From: Candidatus Micrarchaeia archaeon
Lineage (GTDB): Archaea; Micrarchaeota; Micrarchaeia; Burarchaeales; Fermentimicrarchaeaceae
DNA: 64,000 nt
Direction of reading: 5' to 3'
Assembly (NCBI GenBank): GCA_038871515.1
Contig: JAVZHX010000002.1
Span: forward strand, 141,815-205,814
Shown: piece after piece, positions 27,100-38,400 of the stretch
Layout of the letters: each line of letters opens with the position of its first letter
Position numbering within the stretch: position 1 is the stretch's first letter
Notes under the pieces: model-generated
What the model saw: the letters and a program-made list of their open reading frames with translations, nothing else
What the model was told of the DNA's origin: nothing
The model's database searches: none
Program-made: the position numbers and the translations under genes

Positions 27100-30000
27100 T
27101 TAGTACCTAGCTCTACTAATACTACCATAACTCATTTGCGTTGTTACAAGTTGATCGATTCTTTTAATGGCTTGATCAGCTGCTATTGAGAATCCTCTTT
27201 CTTCGCGGAAGCTTCTTGGGATTAAACCATATCTAATACCCGCTGGGTTGTAAGCAAACTTTCTTATTGCAATCACATCCTTAGCTGGCTCGTAGAATGC
27301 AACTGTTGTTCCTAGTTCGGAACCCAGCATCTCCCTAACCTGCTTTGGGTATGGGATTGGGATAATTGAGCCGTACATCTGCATCATTTGGTACTGAATT
27401 ACCTTTTGAACTTCTGGCGGCACTCTTGGGTTCTCAGCCATTGTTAACTTGAGCTCATCCCATCCTCCAGGCCACTCAGCGCTTATTGCAAGTCTTTTTC
27501 CCCAGTATGAGAGATATGTGGATGGGCCCTCAAAGATACTTTTGAAAGCGCGTATATGCCAAGGCAATCCCACATCGGGCAGTTCAAGTGCCTCCTGCCA
27601 TGGTTCTATATCCCAGTATCTGTTAAGCCTCAAACCCTTCCATACATAGGCAGTTCCATAAACCTGGCTTTCCCAAACTGACTGCATAGTTCTTGCAGGT
27701 CCACCTGAACCTCTGCCTGTCAGATGGGAGCTCCACTCTATTATTTTATTCATTGTTCTACGAACCCCCTCCTCTCCTGTTGAGGTGGGGTACCCTGTCA
27801 TTTCCCACTCGCCAACCTTTCTTGTACCTGTCTTTGCCCCGTATATTCCGTAAGCACCAGCAGTTATCACAGCTGCCGCTCCCACTCCTATAAATGGCAT
27901 TGCGAACGGCGCAGCAACTGTTGCTGCAAAGAGAAGTGTTTTTCCATGCTGAACCGCAAACTTCTCAATATTTTCAACTGCTTTTGAAGCGAAACCGGTT
28001 GCACGTTCGGATGAAACTCCGTGTATGCCAAGCCTTATTCTCAAATCTTTATCAACGGATTCCTCTATAAACTTGTGGATGCGCTCCTCGCTTCCTGGGC
28101 CTGCCCATTGAGTCATCTTTCTATAAGGCGCATACATGTATGTCGCATCGTAAGTATCCTTGAAGCTCTTCCAATCCTTGCAAACCTCAATTAACTCTTT
28201 CTGTTTCTCCCTTCTCTCTTCAAGCTTCTCTTGCAGTTCGCTGTTTAGTTCAACTGCCTCAGCATCAATTTTACCTTTTTTCTCCTTCAGCTTCTTCTCA
28301 AGTTCGCTAATTTCAGATGAAATTCCTTTTATTTCATTTCGGAGCTTGACGGCTGTTGCTTCGTACTTTGCAAGTGCATTCTCAGATACACTTCTGTCGA
28401 GCTGGCCGGCCCACCATCTGGCTTCCTCCCAGAATCCTCTTCCCTTCCTTTTATCCTCAGGGTACTCCTCCCTTAATTTCTTGAGTATTTCTGCTGTCTG
28501 TGATTGCATAAGCCCTCCGCTTGCTGCCTCTCTCTGCAGTAGTTCTGCTGCCTGCATAACAAGCGCAAATCTCTCCAATTTATCCTCCATTCTCTTAAGT
28601 CTCTCATACCTCTTTTCTCTCTCGGGTTGTGTTAAAGGCAGTTCCCCAAACTCCAAAACGTTTGTCAGCTTATCCCTCTCTGCCTCCAGCTCCTTCTTGC
28701 GGTTCTCCAGCATCTCAATTCTCTCTCTCCACCCCGCTTTCCTGGCTGACTCCAACTCAGCTTCTACCGCCCTTATTCTTAAATTAACTTCTTGCAGCTC
28801 ATATTTTGCAGTTTCAGGCAGAGTTTTGCGAGCTTCTTCAATCTCGCGATACAACTTCACGTATTTATCCATAGTAGTCGGGTCTAAGAACTGCCCATAG
28901 GTGAGATTCGTTAGGTATAACATGCTGCTTAAAGTTCTCTCCTTTTTCTTCAAGTGAGCGTCCAGCTCCTTTGTAACTTTTTCGTATTCCTCTATATTCT
29001 TAGCTCCAAACTCCTTCAGTTTGGATCTATCTATAACTCCAATTCCTGCTTTTTCTTTAAGTTCTTCCTTATCCTTCTCAAGCTTTGTGATTATCGCCTG
29101 CACCTCTATTAAATCTCGGTGCATCCCTGTTTCACTTCCCCCAAGGCTTGTCCCAGCTTCTTCCATTCTCCTGCGAGTCCACTCGGCAAGATTGATTGTT
29201 TCAAGTTTGTCCCATTTGTTCTTAAGTTTGCTGTATGTCGCCCTCAGAGCTTTTTCATACTGGGATTTAACTCGCTCCCTCTCTTCCCCCTCAAGCTTAT
29301 CTGTATTATTATACTTTTTCACCTCGCTTGCTTTTTCCACCCCAAGCGTTTTTATCAAACCCAAAACATATGGGTTTGGTTTTTCAAGCGCATCAGCTCT
29401 CAATATGCTCATCTCAGAGAGAACAGCCTCCCTATCGCGCAGTATTTTCTGCCCACCGACTCGTATGATAGTTCTCTCAGCAGTTTCGTCCACTGCTCGT
29501 TGTAAGTCAAAGCGGCGCCTATCAATTGCTCTGCGAAGATCGTTTATATCATTCTCCTTTTTCAGTATTGATAGTTCAAGCTTATGCAATCTGTCCTCAA
29601 GTTTTTTATAATCATTAGTGTTCTTCTTCCCTGCTTTTTCAAGTTTCATCATTCTATCCTCAATTTTCTTTTTATTTTCCTCATCCTTCCTCAATTTCTC
29701 CTCAATTGTATTTATTCCACGCTCTAGATTTCTTTTTACTTCATCCCTATCTCTGTCGAATGCTTCCAAACGTCTCTGGGCAAGCAAAGCTTGATTCAGC
29801 ATAAGATGTGTTGTTATCAGTTCAACATTTCTCTCCGCCTTAGCCAACTCCTTTTTGGCATCTCTTATCTGCAGGTTTGTTCTAGCAAGCTCTTCCATCT
29901 TCGCCTGTAACTCCTTTTCCTTTGCCTTATACTCTTTTGTGTTTGGATTTAATTTTTCAAGCTGTGATTTGAGATTTTCGCATTCCTCCTTCAACTCAGC

Positions 30001-32463
30001 TCTTTTTGCGTAGAGAGGTTTCTTCTCAAATATTCCCTTAAGTTTCTTCTGCTTTTCTTCAACTTCCATTTGCTGCTTTCCAAGCAATCTCATAAAGTGT
30101 TGTTTCTTCATCTCCTCTTCCGAAAGTTTGGATATTGTAGGGCCAATAATATTCTCAAACTCTGATGCAATCTGCCTTAAATTCTGGGTTTTCTGAAAAC
30201 CGCTTGCCGCAAATGCAACCCCCCTTATTGCAAGCGCTTCCGGCGTATAGTGCCCTTTTGCTGCCTCTGCTCTTTGACCCCACATATCAAACAAGCGCTC
30301 CACGCCAAGCCATGTTGCTCGGTCATGTTCCGGAGTTAAATAGGGTTTTACAGTATGGCGATAGTACGAATCCTCTAGCTTTCTGTAACCGGACATAACT
30401 TTAAGCGCTTTCTCAAGTGGTTTTACTCGGGCTTGGTGCTCCTTCCAAGTGATGTTATGTTTGTTGTAATATAGGTCATCCAGATTGCTTATTTTTTCTT
30501 TTATAGCTGATATTGCCTCCCTTGTCATATTCACTTTGTCACTCCTATACTGCCCCATCAAAGATGCTCCAATTATGCTTGGTGCAATTTTTGACAACTC
30601 ACTCATTTTCTTATCAAGTTCCTTTGTTTTTTTCTTGTACTCCTCAACTGAAATTTGCCCAGCGACTAACTTCGTGTTCAGATCTTTCAGCTGAGTGCGT
30701 ACTTCATTTAATTTATCCCTAGCATCTGGAGGAAGCAGGATGTTGTTAACTTCCCCAATTTTCTTTTGGAATTGATTTATTTTATCAGTCAGCTCATCGC
30801 TTCGGCCTTTCTTACTGAGCTTTTCGATATCTTTCGCCAGCCCCTTTATCTCCTTTTTTAATATGTTGAGTTCTCTCTTCTGCGTTTTGGTAAGTCCTCT
30901 CTTCGATTTTGTATCTCTCAAAACTCTATCGATAATCCCTCCCCTCATATCTTCCATCAGTCTTTTCTGATGCTCAACAGTGTCTCTCAGCAACCCTGCA
31001 ACTTGTGCAGGAGTGAGGGTTGGGTCCTTGAGCATTGCAAGGTTTTTCTCAATATGCTCTCTTCTTCTTTCTGCAATAGTAACTCTTGCAATGATATTTG
31101 GCTTGAATCTCGCTCTTTCATAGCGCACCCTTGCAACTCTGTATGGAACATTCTGCAGTAAAGATGAAACAAACCCAGTTGTGCTTGAGATGAACCAACC
31201 CTTTAGGGTTGCTTTCAGAACTTCCTTTCTGCTCAACTGCTCAGGGTTGAAGACTCTTACGAGCATTCCCCTCTGGCTGAGCCGATCATATCTTTCTTTT
31301 AACCCTTTCAGTTTTTTTTCATCCTCCTTGCTGAATTGTGATGGGTTCTTATTCTTTTTCTCTTCAAGTTTTCGGATTTCTCTTCTAAGTTTCCATCTTT
31401 GAGATGGTTTTACTATAATTGTTGATATTGGGTATTTCACTCCTAGGTAGGCAAAGCTCGCGGCAGCAGCAGGTGCATATGCCATCATCTTAATTCTTCC
31501 AATCACCCCCCCAACATCCGCAAGCTGTTTTCTGTATTCATCCATCTGCTTGATTAAACCATCATAAACTGCAACTTTCTTTTCGGCTTCTCTTATTTTC
31601 TTATTCAGAGTTGCAACATCCTTCCCCAACTTAGTTCTGTAAAGTCTTTTTTCAAGGTTTCCAATTTCCTTGCTGAGAGCAGCAAGACGCGCCATATCCT
31701 TGTCACTAAGTTTCTCTCCTCTCAGCTGCTTTAACTTTAGATTAGCATGCTCTCTCTTCTTCTCTCTTATGGCTTCCCTTAGACTGACAAAATTTTTCAG
31801 GTTTTTCAGCTCTCTTTTTTCTTGGGCAGTTAATCCTTTATCCTTTTTCTTCTCCTCAAGCTCTGTTATTCTATTCCTTGCCCCTTGTAGGTTCATTACA
31901 CTAGCAAGACTGGTTGCCAACATACTACGTAAGCTCTTCACTTCGCTTTCTTTCCTAGTCTTCTCTCTTTCAATTCTGCCTTCATAACCGCCACCCCTTT
32001 TTCCCTTTGATAACGCGTATAAAGCACCCCTATCTGCCATTGTTTTTAGTGTTTTCACACCTTCCTTTGCTACCTTTGAACCGTACTTCCCACCACTCGC
32101 CTTTGAAACAACTGTTGCAGCACCCTTTGCCATCTTGTTAGCAACCCATCCAAAACCTCTTGTTAGGTAATTTCCTCCTCCGAGCTGATCCCTCTTCTTC
32201 GCAACAGTGTCAAATCCACCAGAGGTGAACGATTTAAAGTGGTAGGAAGTCGACTTTATTTCAGCAGGTGGTTTTGAGATGGATATGTCAAACCCAACAA
32301 GGGGGCTTCTTCCCTGAGCAATCATACCCGCCATAAGCAGAGCAAGAAGGAGGAAGAAGGGGAAGCAGATTGATATGTCGCCCATGCTCGCGTATGAAGC
32401 ATTTGCAAGCATTATGAGCAATAACAAAACGAATGGAACTCGGAGTAGTGGTTGGTTAACCAT
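27100..32463 (-). CDS. giant (1787 aa) coiled-coil membrane protein
   Basis: N-terminal pair of hydrophobic helices, about 1300 aa of K/E/R-rich heptad coiled coil, central TM hairpin (LLFAATVAAPFAMPFIGVGAAAVITAGAYGIYGA), then an approximately 350-aa Trp/Tyr-rich C-terminal globular domain. Confidence 0.6.
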   Translation of the reverse strand: MVNQPLLRVPFVLLLLIMLANASYASMGDISICFPFFLLLALLMAGMIAQGRSPLVGFDISISKPPAEIKSTSYHFKSFTSGGFDTVAKKRDQLGGGNYLTRGFGWVANKMAKGAATVVSKASGGKYGSKVAKEGVKTLKTMADRGALYALSKGKRGGGYEGRIEREKTRKESEVKSLRSMLATSLASVMNLQGARNRITELEEKKKDKGLTAQEKRELKNLKNFVSLREAIREKKREHANLKLKQLRGEKLSDKDMARLAALSKEIGNLEKRLYRTKLGKDVATLNKKIREAEKKVAVYDGLIKQMDEYRKQLADVGGVIGRIKMMAYAPAAAASFAYLGVKYPISTIIVKPSQRWKLRREIRKLEEKKNKNPSQFSKEDEKKLKGLKERYDRLSQRGMLVRVFNPEQLSRKEVLKATLKGWFISSTTGFVSSLLQNVPYRVARVRYERARFKPNIIARVTIAERRREHIEKNLAMLKDPTLTPAQVAGLLRDTVEHQKRLMEDMRGGIIDRVLRDTKSKRGLTKTQKRELNILKKEIKGLAKDIEKLSKKGRSDELTDKINQFQKKIGEVNNILLPPDARDKLNEVRTQLKDLNTKLVAGQISVEEYKKKTKELDKKMSELSKIAPSIIGASLMGQYRSDKVNMTREAISAIKEKISNLDDLYYNKHNITWKEHQARVKPLEKALKVMSGYRKLEDSYYRHTVKPYLTPEHDRATWLGVERLFDMWGQRAEAAKGHYTPEALAIRGVAFAASGFQKTQNLRQIASEFENIIGPTISKLSEEEMKKQHFMRLLGKQQMEVEEKQKKLKGIFEKKPLYAKRAELKEECENLKSQLEKLNPNTKEYKAKEKELQAKMEELARTNLQIRDAKKELAKAERNVELITTHLMLNQALLAQRRLEAFDRDRDEVKRNLERGINTIEEKLRKDEENKKKIEDRMMKLEKAGKKNTNDYKKLEDRLHKLELSILKKENDINDLRRAIDRRRFDLQRAVDETAERTIIRVGGQKILRDREAVLSEMSILRADALEKPNPYVLGLIKTLGVEKASEVKKYNNTDKLEGEERERVKSQYEKALRATYSKLKNKWDKLETINLAEWTRRRMEEAGTSLGGSETGMHRDLIEVQAIITKLEKDKEELKEKAGIGVIDRSKLKEFGAKNIEEYEKVTKELDAHLKKKERTLSSMLYLTNLTYGQFLDPTTMDKYVKLYREIEEARKTLPETAKYELQEVNLRIRAVEAELESARKAGWRERIEMLENRKKELEAERDKLTNVLEFGELPLTQPEREKRYERLKRMEDKLERFALVMQAAELLQREAASGGLMQSQTAEILKKLREEYPEDKRKGRGFWEEARWWAGQLDRSVSENALAKYEATAVKLRNEIKGISSEISELEKKLKEKKGKIDAEAVELNSELQEKLEERREKQKELIEVCKDWKSFKDTYDATYMYAPYRKMTQWAGPGSEERIHKFIEESVDKDLRIRLGIHGVSSERATGFASKAVENIEKFAVQHGKTLLFAATVAAPFAMPFIGVGAAAVITAGAYGIYGAKTGTRKVGEWEMTGYPTSTGEEGVRRTMNKIIEWSSHLTGRGSGGPARTMQSVWESQVYGTAYVWKGLRLNRYWDIEPWQEALELPDVGLPWHIRAFKSIFEGPSTYLSYWGKRLAISAEWPGGWDELKLTMAENPRVPPEVQKVIQYQMMQMYGSIIPIPYPKQVREMLGSELGTTVAFYEPAKDVIAIRKFAYNPAGIRYGLIPRSFREERGFSIAADQAIKRIDQLVTTQMSYGSISRARY

Positions 32464-32484
32464 CGTTATATACTATCTCTTTTT

Positions 32485-35400
32485 TTACTTATTAAACTTT
32501 CGTTTTTTCATCAAAAGCAGCAAAGCAACAATCAGTATAAGCGGTTCAAGCACAGGGAAGCTGCCGATTGCAACAGATACGCCACCTGCGTAGAATGGTT
32601 TGATTTCTATGGAGGGAGCATAAATATCTGTTCCCCAGAAAACTCCAAATAGTAACCTTCTTCCAAACCCATAGATTTTGAAGGTTGTGTTCACGTGCCC
32701 TGTTGCATTTGTTATGAAGTACGGGTTGCCGGTTTCCAAGTGAGAGAGTATTCCGTACTGATGACAGACTGGGTTAGGCAGACAGTCACCAGTGCCTCCA
32801 GGTTCATCTATCCAGTCTGGGCAGGAGCAGTTGCTCTCCTCAGGTGCAATTGGGCAGACGCCTGAAACAGCTGGGTTGCAGTTAACTGGGTCAAGCTGGC
32901 TTCCATCCCCGTACAGAGTTCTGCTTGAGTTCTGAACGTACAGCTCCATTACTTGACCTGGAAGGGGTGTATTGGGCTTCTCCTCAGGCTTATCCCATCT
33001 CTGGTATAACAGCTGCGCAGTCACATACACAATTGTCCTGTTTATGTTTTGTGGGTCTCTGACTGTTTGGACTTGCATTATTATGGCAGTTGGCTGTCTC
33101 AACCAGATTGTGTATGGAACAATGAATGTATTGTTGAACCTATCAAAGAATCTGTAATGGAAGTTGTGCAAGCCCAATGAGTCATTATCCGGTATATTCA
33201 ATACAACTGAATCCTGCTGTGAGTAGATGAAGGTGCCTGATTTGTTCTGGTAGAAACCAAGCACAAAGTCGTTTGGAACAACGTTAATAACACCTATCTG
33301 CTCCGGAGTAACCGCAGTTGATAACCCATCCAGATAAAGAGGAGCAGTTGTTACATTGAAATGCTCGCCTTCGTTCCCTTCAATTTCTATAGAGAGCACA
33401 TGTGTAAATGTTTCGTTTGTCTCAAATGAAACAAGGGAAACGCCTGTGGAGGTGGTGACATTGAACGAGTTGCTGAAGCCAACTGTCACGTCGTTTTCTG
33501 CTTTCAGCATCTCATTGGTAATCCCCTCACCAAGCATCACATAACCGCTCCAAACTCCATTGTAGAATGGGCCAATCTGCCTTGGGCAGATGTTGTTTCG
33601 TGTGTAGGCACCGCCAGTATCAGATAGAGTTGCATTGCCGTTGAATTGGCAGATATTGCCAGGTGGGTAAATTCCAAGCGCATCAACACTACATCCATAA
33701 TGATACTGCTCGTTCCACGGCGGTTTAGTTTCGTCTGTTATATCTTTAAACCAGAAGCATACCGCATCAACTGTCCCGTTTGATAAACTTATCTCGTGCA
33801 GGGGGCCCGAACCGGGAGCTGTTCGGGCGTAGAATACGTAGCTTGAATTATCCTTATATGGGGGCAGTATCTTCTCCCAGCAGTCAGTAGCATTTGATAC
33901 ATAAAGCTCTATTTCGGTGTAATCCTTTGAACATGTTATGTTAAACCTGAATTCCTTAACTGATAGTGATCGGCCGAACGTTCCAAAGATGCCGGGGACG
34001 AAACCGCCATAGGAGCTTGACTCCCAGAAACATGCTGTTTTTCCATCTGGCGTACCAAGCATATTTGTGGGTGGAGCATCACTTCTGGAGGGGTTTAGAC
34101 AACCGCTTGACTCAGCGTTGATAACTGGGTAGGTTGTCCCCAAAGGAACAGTGCGGATTCTTACTTGGAAAGGAACTCCTGCGGTTTGGGGACTTGTAAT
34201 TGGGTCAAACTGAAAACCACATCCTAGTAGAACTGAATCTGGTTGCACTACTGCTGGGCTTGGAAGGGCACATGTGAGTGCAGGTGTGCCAACTGAACTC
34301 TCTTCAACAATTACGTTGTTGTTGCGCGTTCCCTTTATTGTATACCCAATTGTCCTGTCAACTGATATCATATTGGAGTTTATTCTCAACCTTCTTGGGT
34401 TTGGGAGTATTGTTGCAATTGAGGAGTACGCAGTGTAATTTGAACTTGGCAAGGATATTCTTGCCAGCTCATTTTTTGTAGTTGCAGTTCTGAATATCAG
34501 GGTTTCACCTTTAATTCCATCCTTCACCTCAATTATATAGACTGCGCTGTATGGGCCACCTAAACCAAGATAGTCCATTGAGCTGTAACTGCTAAGTTCA
34601 ACCGAGCCATTTATCAAATTGTAATTGCCGCTTGTGTCTGTCCCAACAATCGTTATCCTTGTTTTGTTATTTGAATCATGGTCCCTTGTTGATGCAACTT
34701 CAATTGATTCATTGAAGAGAGAGACATCGATTCTTGGGCATACAAAGGAAGGCGCGCATGGCGGACCACTTGGGTGCATCCCAACACCACATTTTAAATA
34801 ATCAGATTGGCAGAAACCACCGATGCATTTTCCCTCAGAACAGTTGATGTCCGCGGTGCATGGAATACAACTTCCAACTGTGAAATTATCAACGCGCAGT
34901 ATCACGTCAGGGTCGGTATAAACCTCAAACTGATCACCAAGATAGCCCTTCCCGCTGACAGAGCTTATGAACATGAAGTTTCTGTTCCTTGGGTCGTCTG
35001 GAACAACCTGCACCATTCCTCGTGGAGGCATATATGTGAATGATGGAACCGCTGTGTAGGTATTTACATCGTAGTAGGCATACTGCCCTTTCCATAGGAA
35101 AAGCTCGCCTATTATGCTTGAACCGAATGGGTCTTTGGAGAATTGGATAAGACAGCCATTTTCACATCCACCCCAAACTTCCACAAGTAGAACATCTGTT
35201 TCGCTAGCAGCGTGAGGGGCAGCGGATACCCAACCGTCGGAGGTTTGGTATGAAATTATACTCCAATCCATCGGAGGCCAGGAGAAAATACGGAATGTGC
35301 CGTTGCCATCAGAGCGGAGATAAAGGCTGGTGGAGGTTATACCTCTGAATGGAAGTGGGTTAGGCAGATCTTTACCCATGAAATCTGCAGCTCCAGATAT

Positions 35401-38400
35401 TTTGCTTTCATTATCATTTTCAGGTGGGATGTCAATTCTTCTGCTTGCGTTGAATCCATGAATTGCGAGCAGGGTTGGGCCGCTTATCTTAACTGGTTTG
35501 ATAAGGAGGGATGAGGGGAACGGAGCGTAAGGTTCACCAAGGAGCGGGTACCTAGTGGGTGAGTCTATATATTCATCATACCCGGTTTGCGATACAACTG
35601 TATTTGGCGGTATAGACTTTTTGAACCAAGCGCGCGTGTTGTGGCACATACTGCTATTCCTTCCAAAAATATCCTCAAAGCATATTCCATTATCAGTTGA
35701 GAGGTTTGCGGGCATTATGAAGAGGGATGCTTCCTCAGGTGCTCCTGTTATGGATATTGCGTGGATTATGTAGCAGTAACCAAATGGAGTGTAGCTTGAA
35801 TTTGTTACTGTTATTGAGTAAGTTACATTAACCCTTGCGCTTGTCTCGCACAGTATTGAAACAAGCAAGGAGGAGACGTTTGTTATTGCTTGGTAGTAAT
35901 AATCTGAAGCACCATCAGGTGGTGGATCCTGTGGAGCGAATGGCAGTGGGTTTGGCTCCTTGTGCACTGGACTGAACACATATGCAAAAGGATAGCTCCA
36001 GTTCATTGTGTTATTGAATGGAATTGTTTTGTTTTTTACCACACCACCTTCAACTACAGTTAAAACGTACGGGTTTTTGTTAGGATCGTTTCCAAACATG
36101 TTCGTAGTTGGATACTCAAAAATATAGAGTGGATTTTGGTGCCCGTACTGATCAACAGTTGGTGTTGTTGAGATGTATTGATAACCGTAATACTGATTCT
36201 GCATTATGTTGAATGTTTTTCTGTAGCTTGCGTTAAGTATCCACTGGTGGTCATCTGGCGGAGCCATGTAGTTGCTTACTCTGTCCATCATAACGAAATG
36301 CTTGTAGAAGAATCTGTTTGTAAGGTAGTTGTAAGCAAGATAAGGAAGGGTGCTTGGTGTTTTCTTTGGTGGGGTTAGGTAGGCTGGCCTTGTGAGAGAG
36401 AAGTGGGAGCCGCCTCCCTCAACAAGCCTCTCAAGGTGGTTGCTGTAGCTAGTTATATTGAGCTGTTTGTTTATCACGGAGGTGCCGGAGAGGGAGCCTC
36501 CGCTTGGGCAGCCGTTGGAGTATTTTCTTATTGTAAACGTGTAATCAAACCTCAGGAACGCAGTGATGTTTGTTGCAAGGAAGTTTCTTCTGTAAATAGG
36601 GCTGAGCGGGGCGGAGAGCTTAACCACTGGACTTCCTGGAGCAATACTCCCAGAAGTGAGTAATCCCTCTATGTTGGAGTATTCTGTTGTTTTTGTTTTC
36701 TCAACCTCTCCCTCGCATACGGAGGGCTCAACTGCTCCTTCCTGAGAGCAACCCTCGCATGAAACTCCTGCCATCATTGACTCCTTTATTAAATCCGGAT
36801 ACCCTATTACATCATCTGGGTGGTCAACCGCTGGTGACTCCACCATTGAGCCAGAATAAACAAAGGAGTATGAGCCACCTGGGAAATTATAGCTTTGGTC
36901 TTGAATTCCTGGTTGGAATTTGTACTTGACTACCATGTTGCGTTCTCCTTTCAATGCAATGTATACGTTAAACTTGTTGTCAACATCTATTCCATGGGTT
37001 TCGGATGATTTACCTTGCACATACTGCAAGCCTGCTGAGAGTAGGCCCCATGGGTCGTACCATGCTTTCCAGAGAGTAACGTATTCTTTTGGCTCAATCA
37101 CAACTTTCGCTCTGTACTGCTTCCCAGGAGTTTCAATTGTGTCAAATGCAAGAATTCTAGTCATCTCATATTCTTGCGTGTCGTACCAAAGGCATGCATT
37201 GCAGTTATTTGGATCGGGGCACCAGAGGCATCCCCCATCCTGAGTGCAGCCAGTGCCTGGGTTTCTGTAACAACCAATTTTAAATCCGAATATATCTAAA
37301 CAGCCCGGCATACAGCAACCCAAACACTCCATTGGGAAGCCACTACAGCCAAAGTAACCAGTTCTAACTGGAAATGCCATATAGTCGATCACAAACAAGT
37401 AACCCTTTCTGTATTTAATCCCCCTCAGATAGTGATACCCTCCTTCCTCACCCCAAAAGCTCTGAGTTTCATTTACATTATCAACATATGTTTTAGTTCC
37501 TGCTTCATTTGTGCATGGCGGATCTAAAATAACTCCTAGTGGGTTCAGCTCTTGTAATTCAATTCCACCATCACCCCCAAAGATGCTGATTTTAGAAACT
37601 TCCTGGGCTGGGTTGGATGCGTTGTACTGATGTATAAACGGATAACCAACCCAGAAGCACCCCCACCACTCGCAGTGGCGTTTCTTATCCCTCACTACAA
37701 ACAGACTTGCACCATCCTCGGTAACCGCTATATCTCGCGCTGTTCCCTCCCAGGCTTCTGTGCAGTTGTTGCTTGCATTCAGCTTGAACTCCTTATCGTA
37801 TTTGTTTATGCAGATGTGGTTGAATACTGTATCGGGGTAGGTGTTGCCAAGCACGTACAAATTGCCCCAGCTATCCGTGTCTAAACCATACGGGAAGAAG
37901 TACTGGCCATCCTCAGTAATTGTATCAATTTCAGTTACAAAGTGAATTGTTGGTGGGTAACTTCTAACTATTTTCACAACTTGCACTTTGGGTGAGTTAG
38001 TTAATGCAATGAATATATTGCCTCTGTTATCATACGCAATTGCCTGTGCATTCGAATCAATTAGGGGTGTGGCGCCAGGTATTGGCTTGCCGTTTATCAA
38101 CCCATTATAATCCTCCAGCCATGAGGAGGGTACCCTTAAAGTGAACTTTCCAAGCCTCCCTCCATCTTTGTGGTCAACAACAAGCAGTGCTTCTGGGGAG
38201 CGCAACTCGTGTGGGTTGAGAATTGAATCGTTTGTTATGTTGTATGGCTCAAGCGCAGTTAAAGGAAGAGTTACTGTTATGTTGAAGTAATCAGTATATA
38301 CATTTCCTGGTGCGAACTGAACGTCATATCTATCACTGCCAACGCACACGCTTGATGTTCCGCTGAATGGGTAGTAACCCCAACCCCAGAGGACTTCTGG

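Noticed and set aside
28160-29611. Plus-strand ORFs 28160..28900 (246 aa) and 29021..29611 (196 aa), Ser/Leu/Phe-rich
   Set aside because: They lie antisense inside the 1787-aa minus-strand gene. Their composition is the mirror of a Lys/Glu-rich coiled coil. Shadow ORFs.
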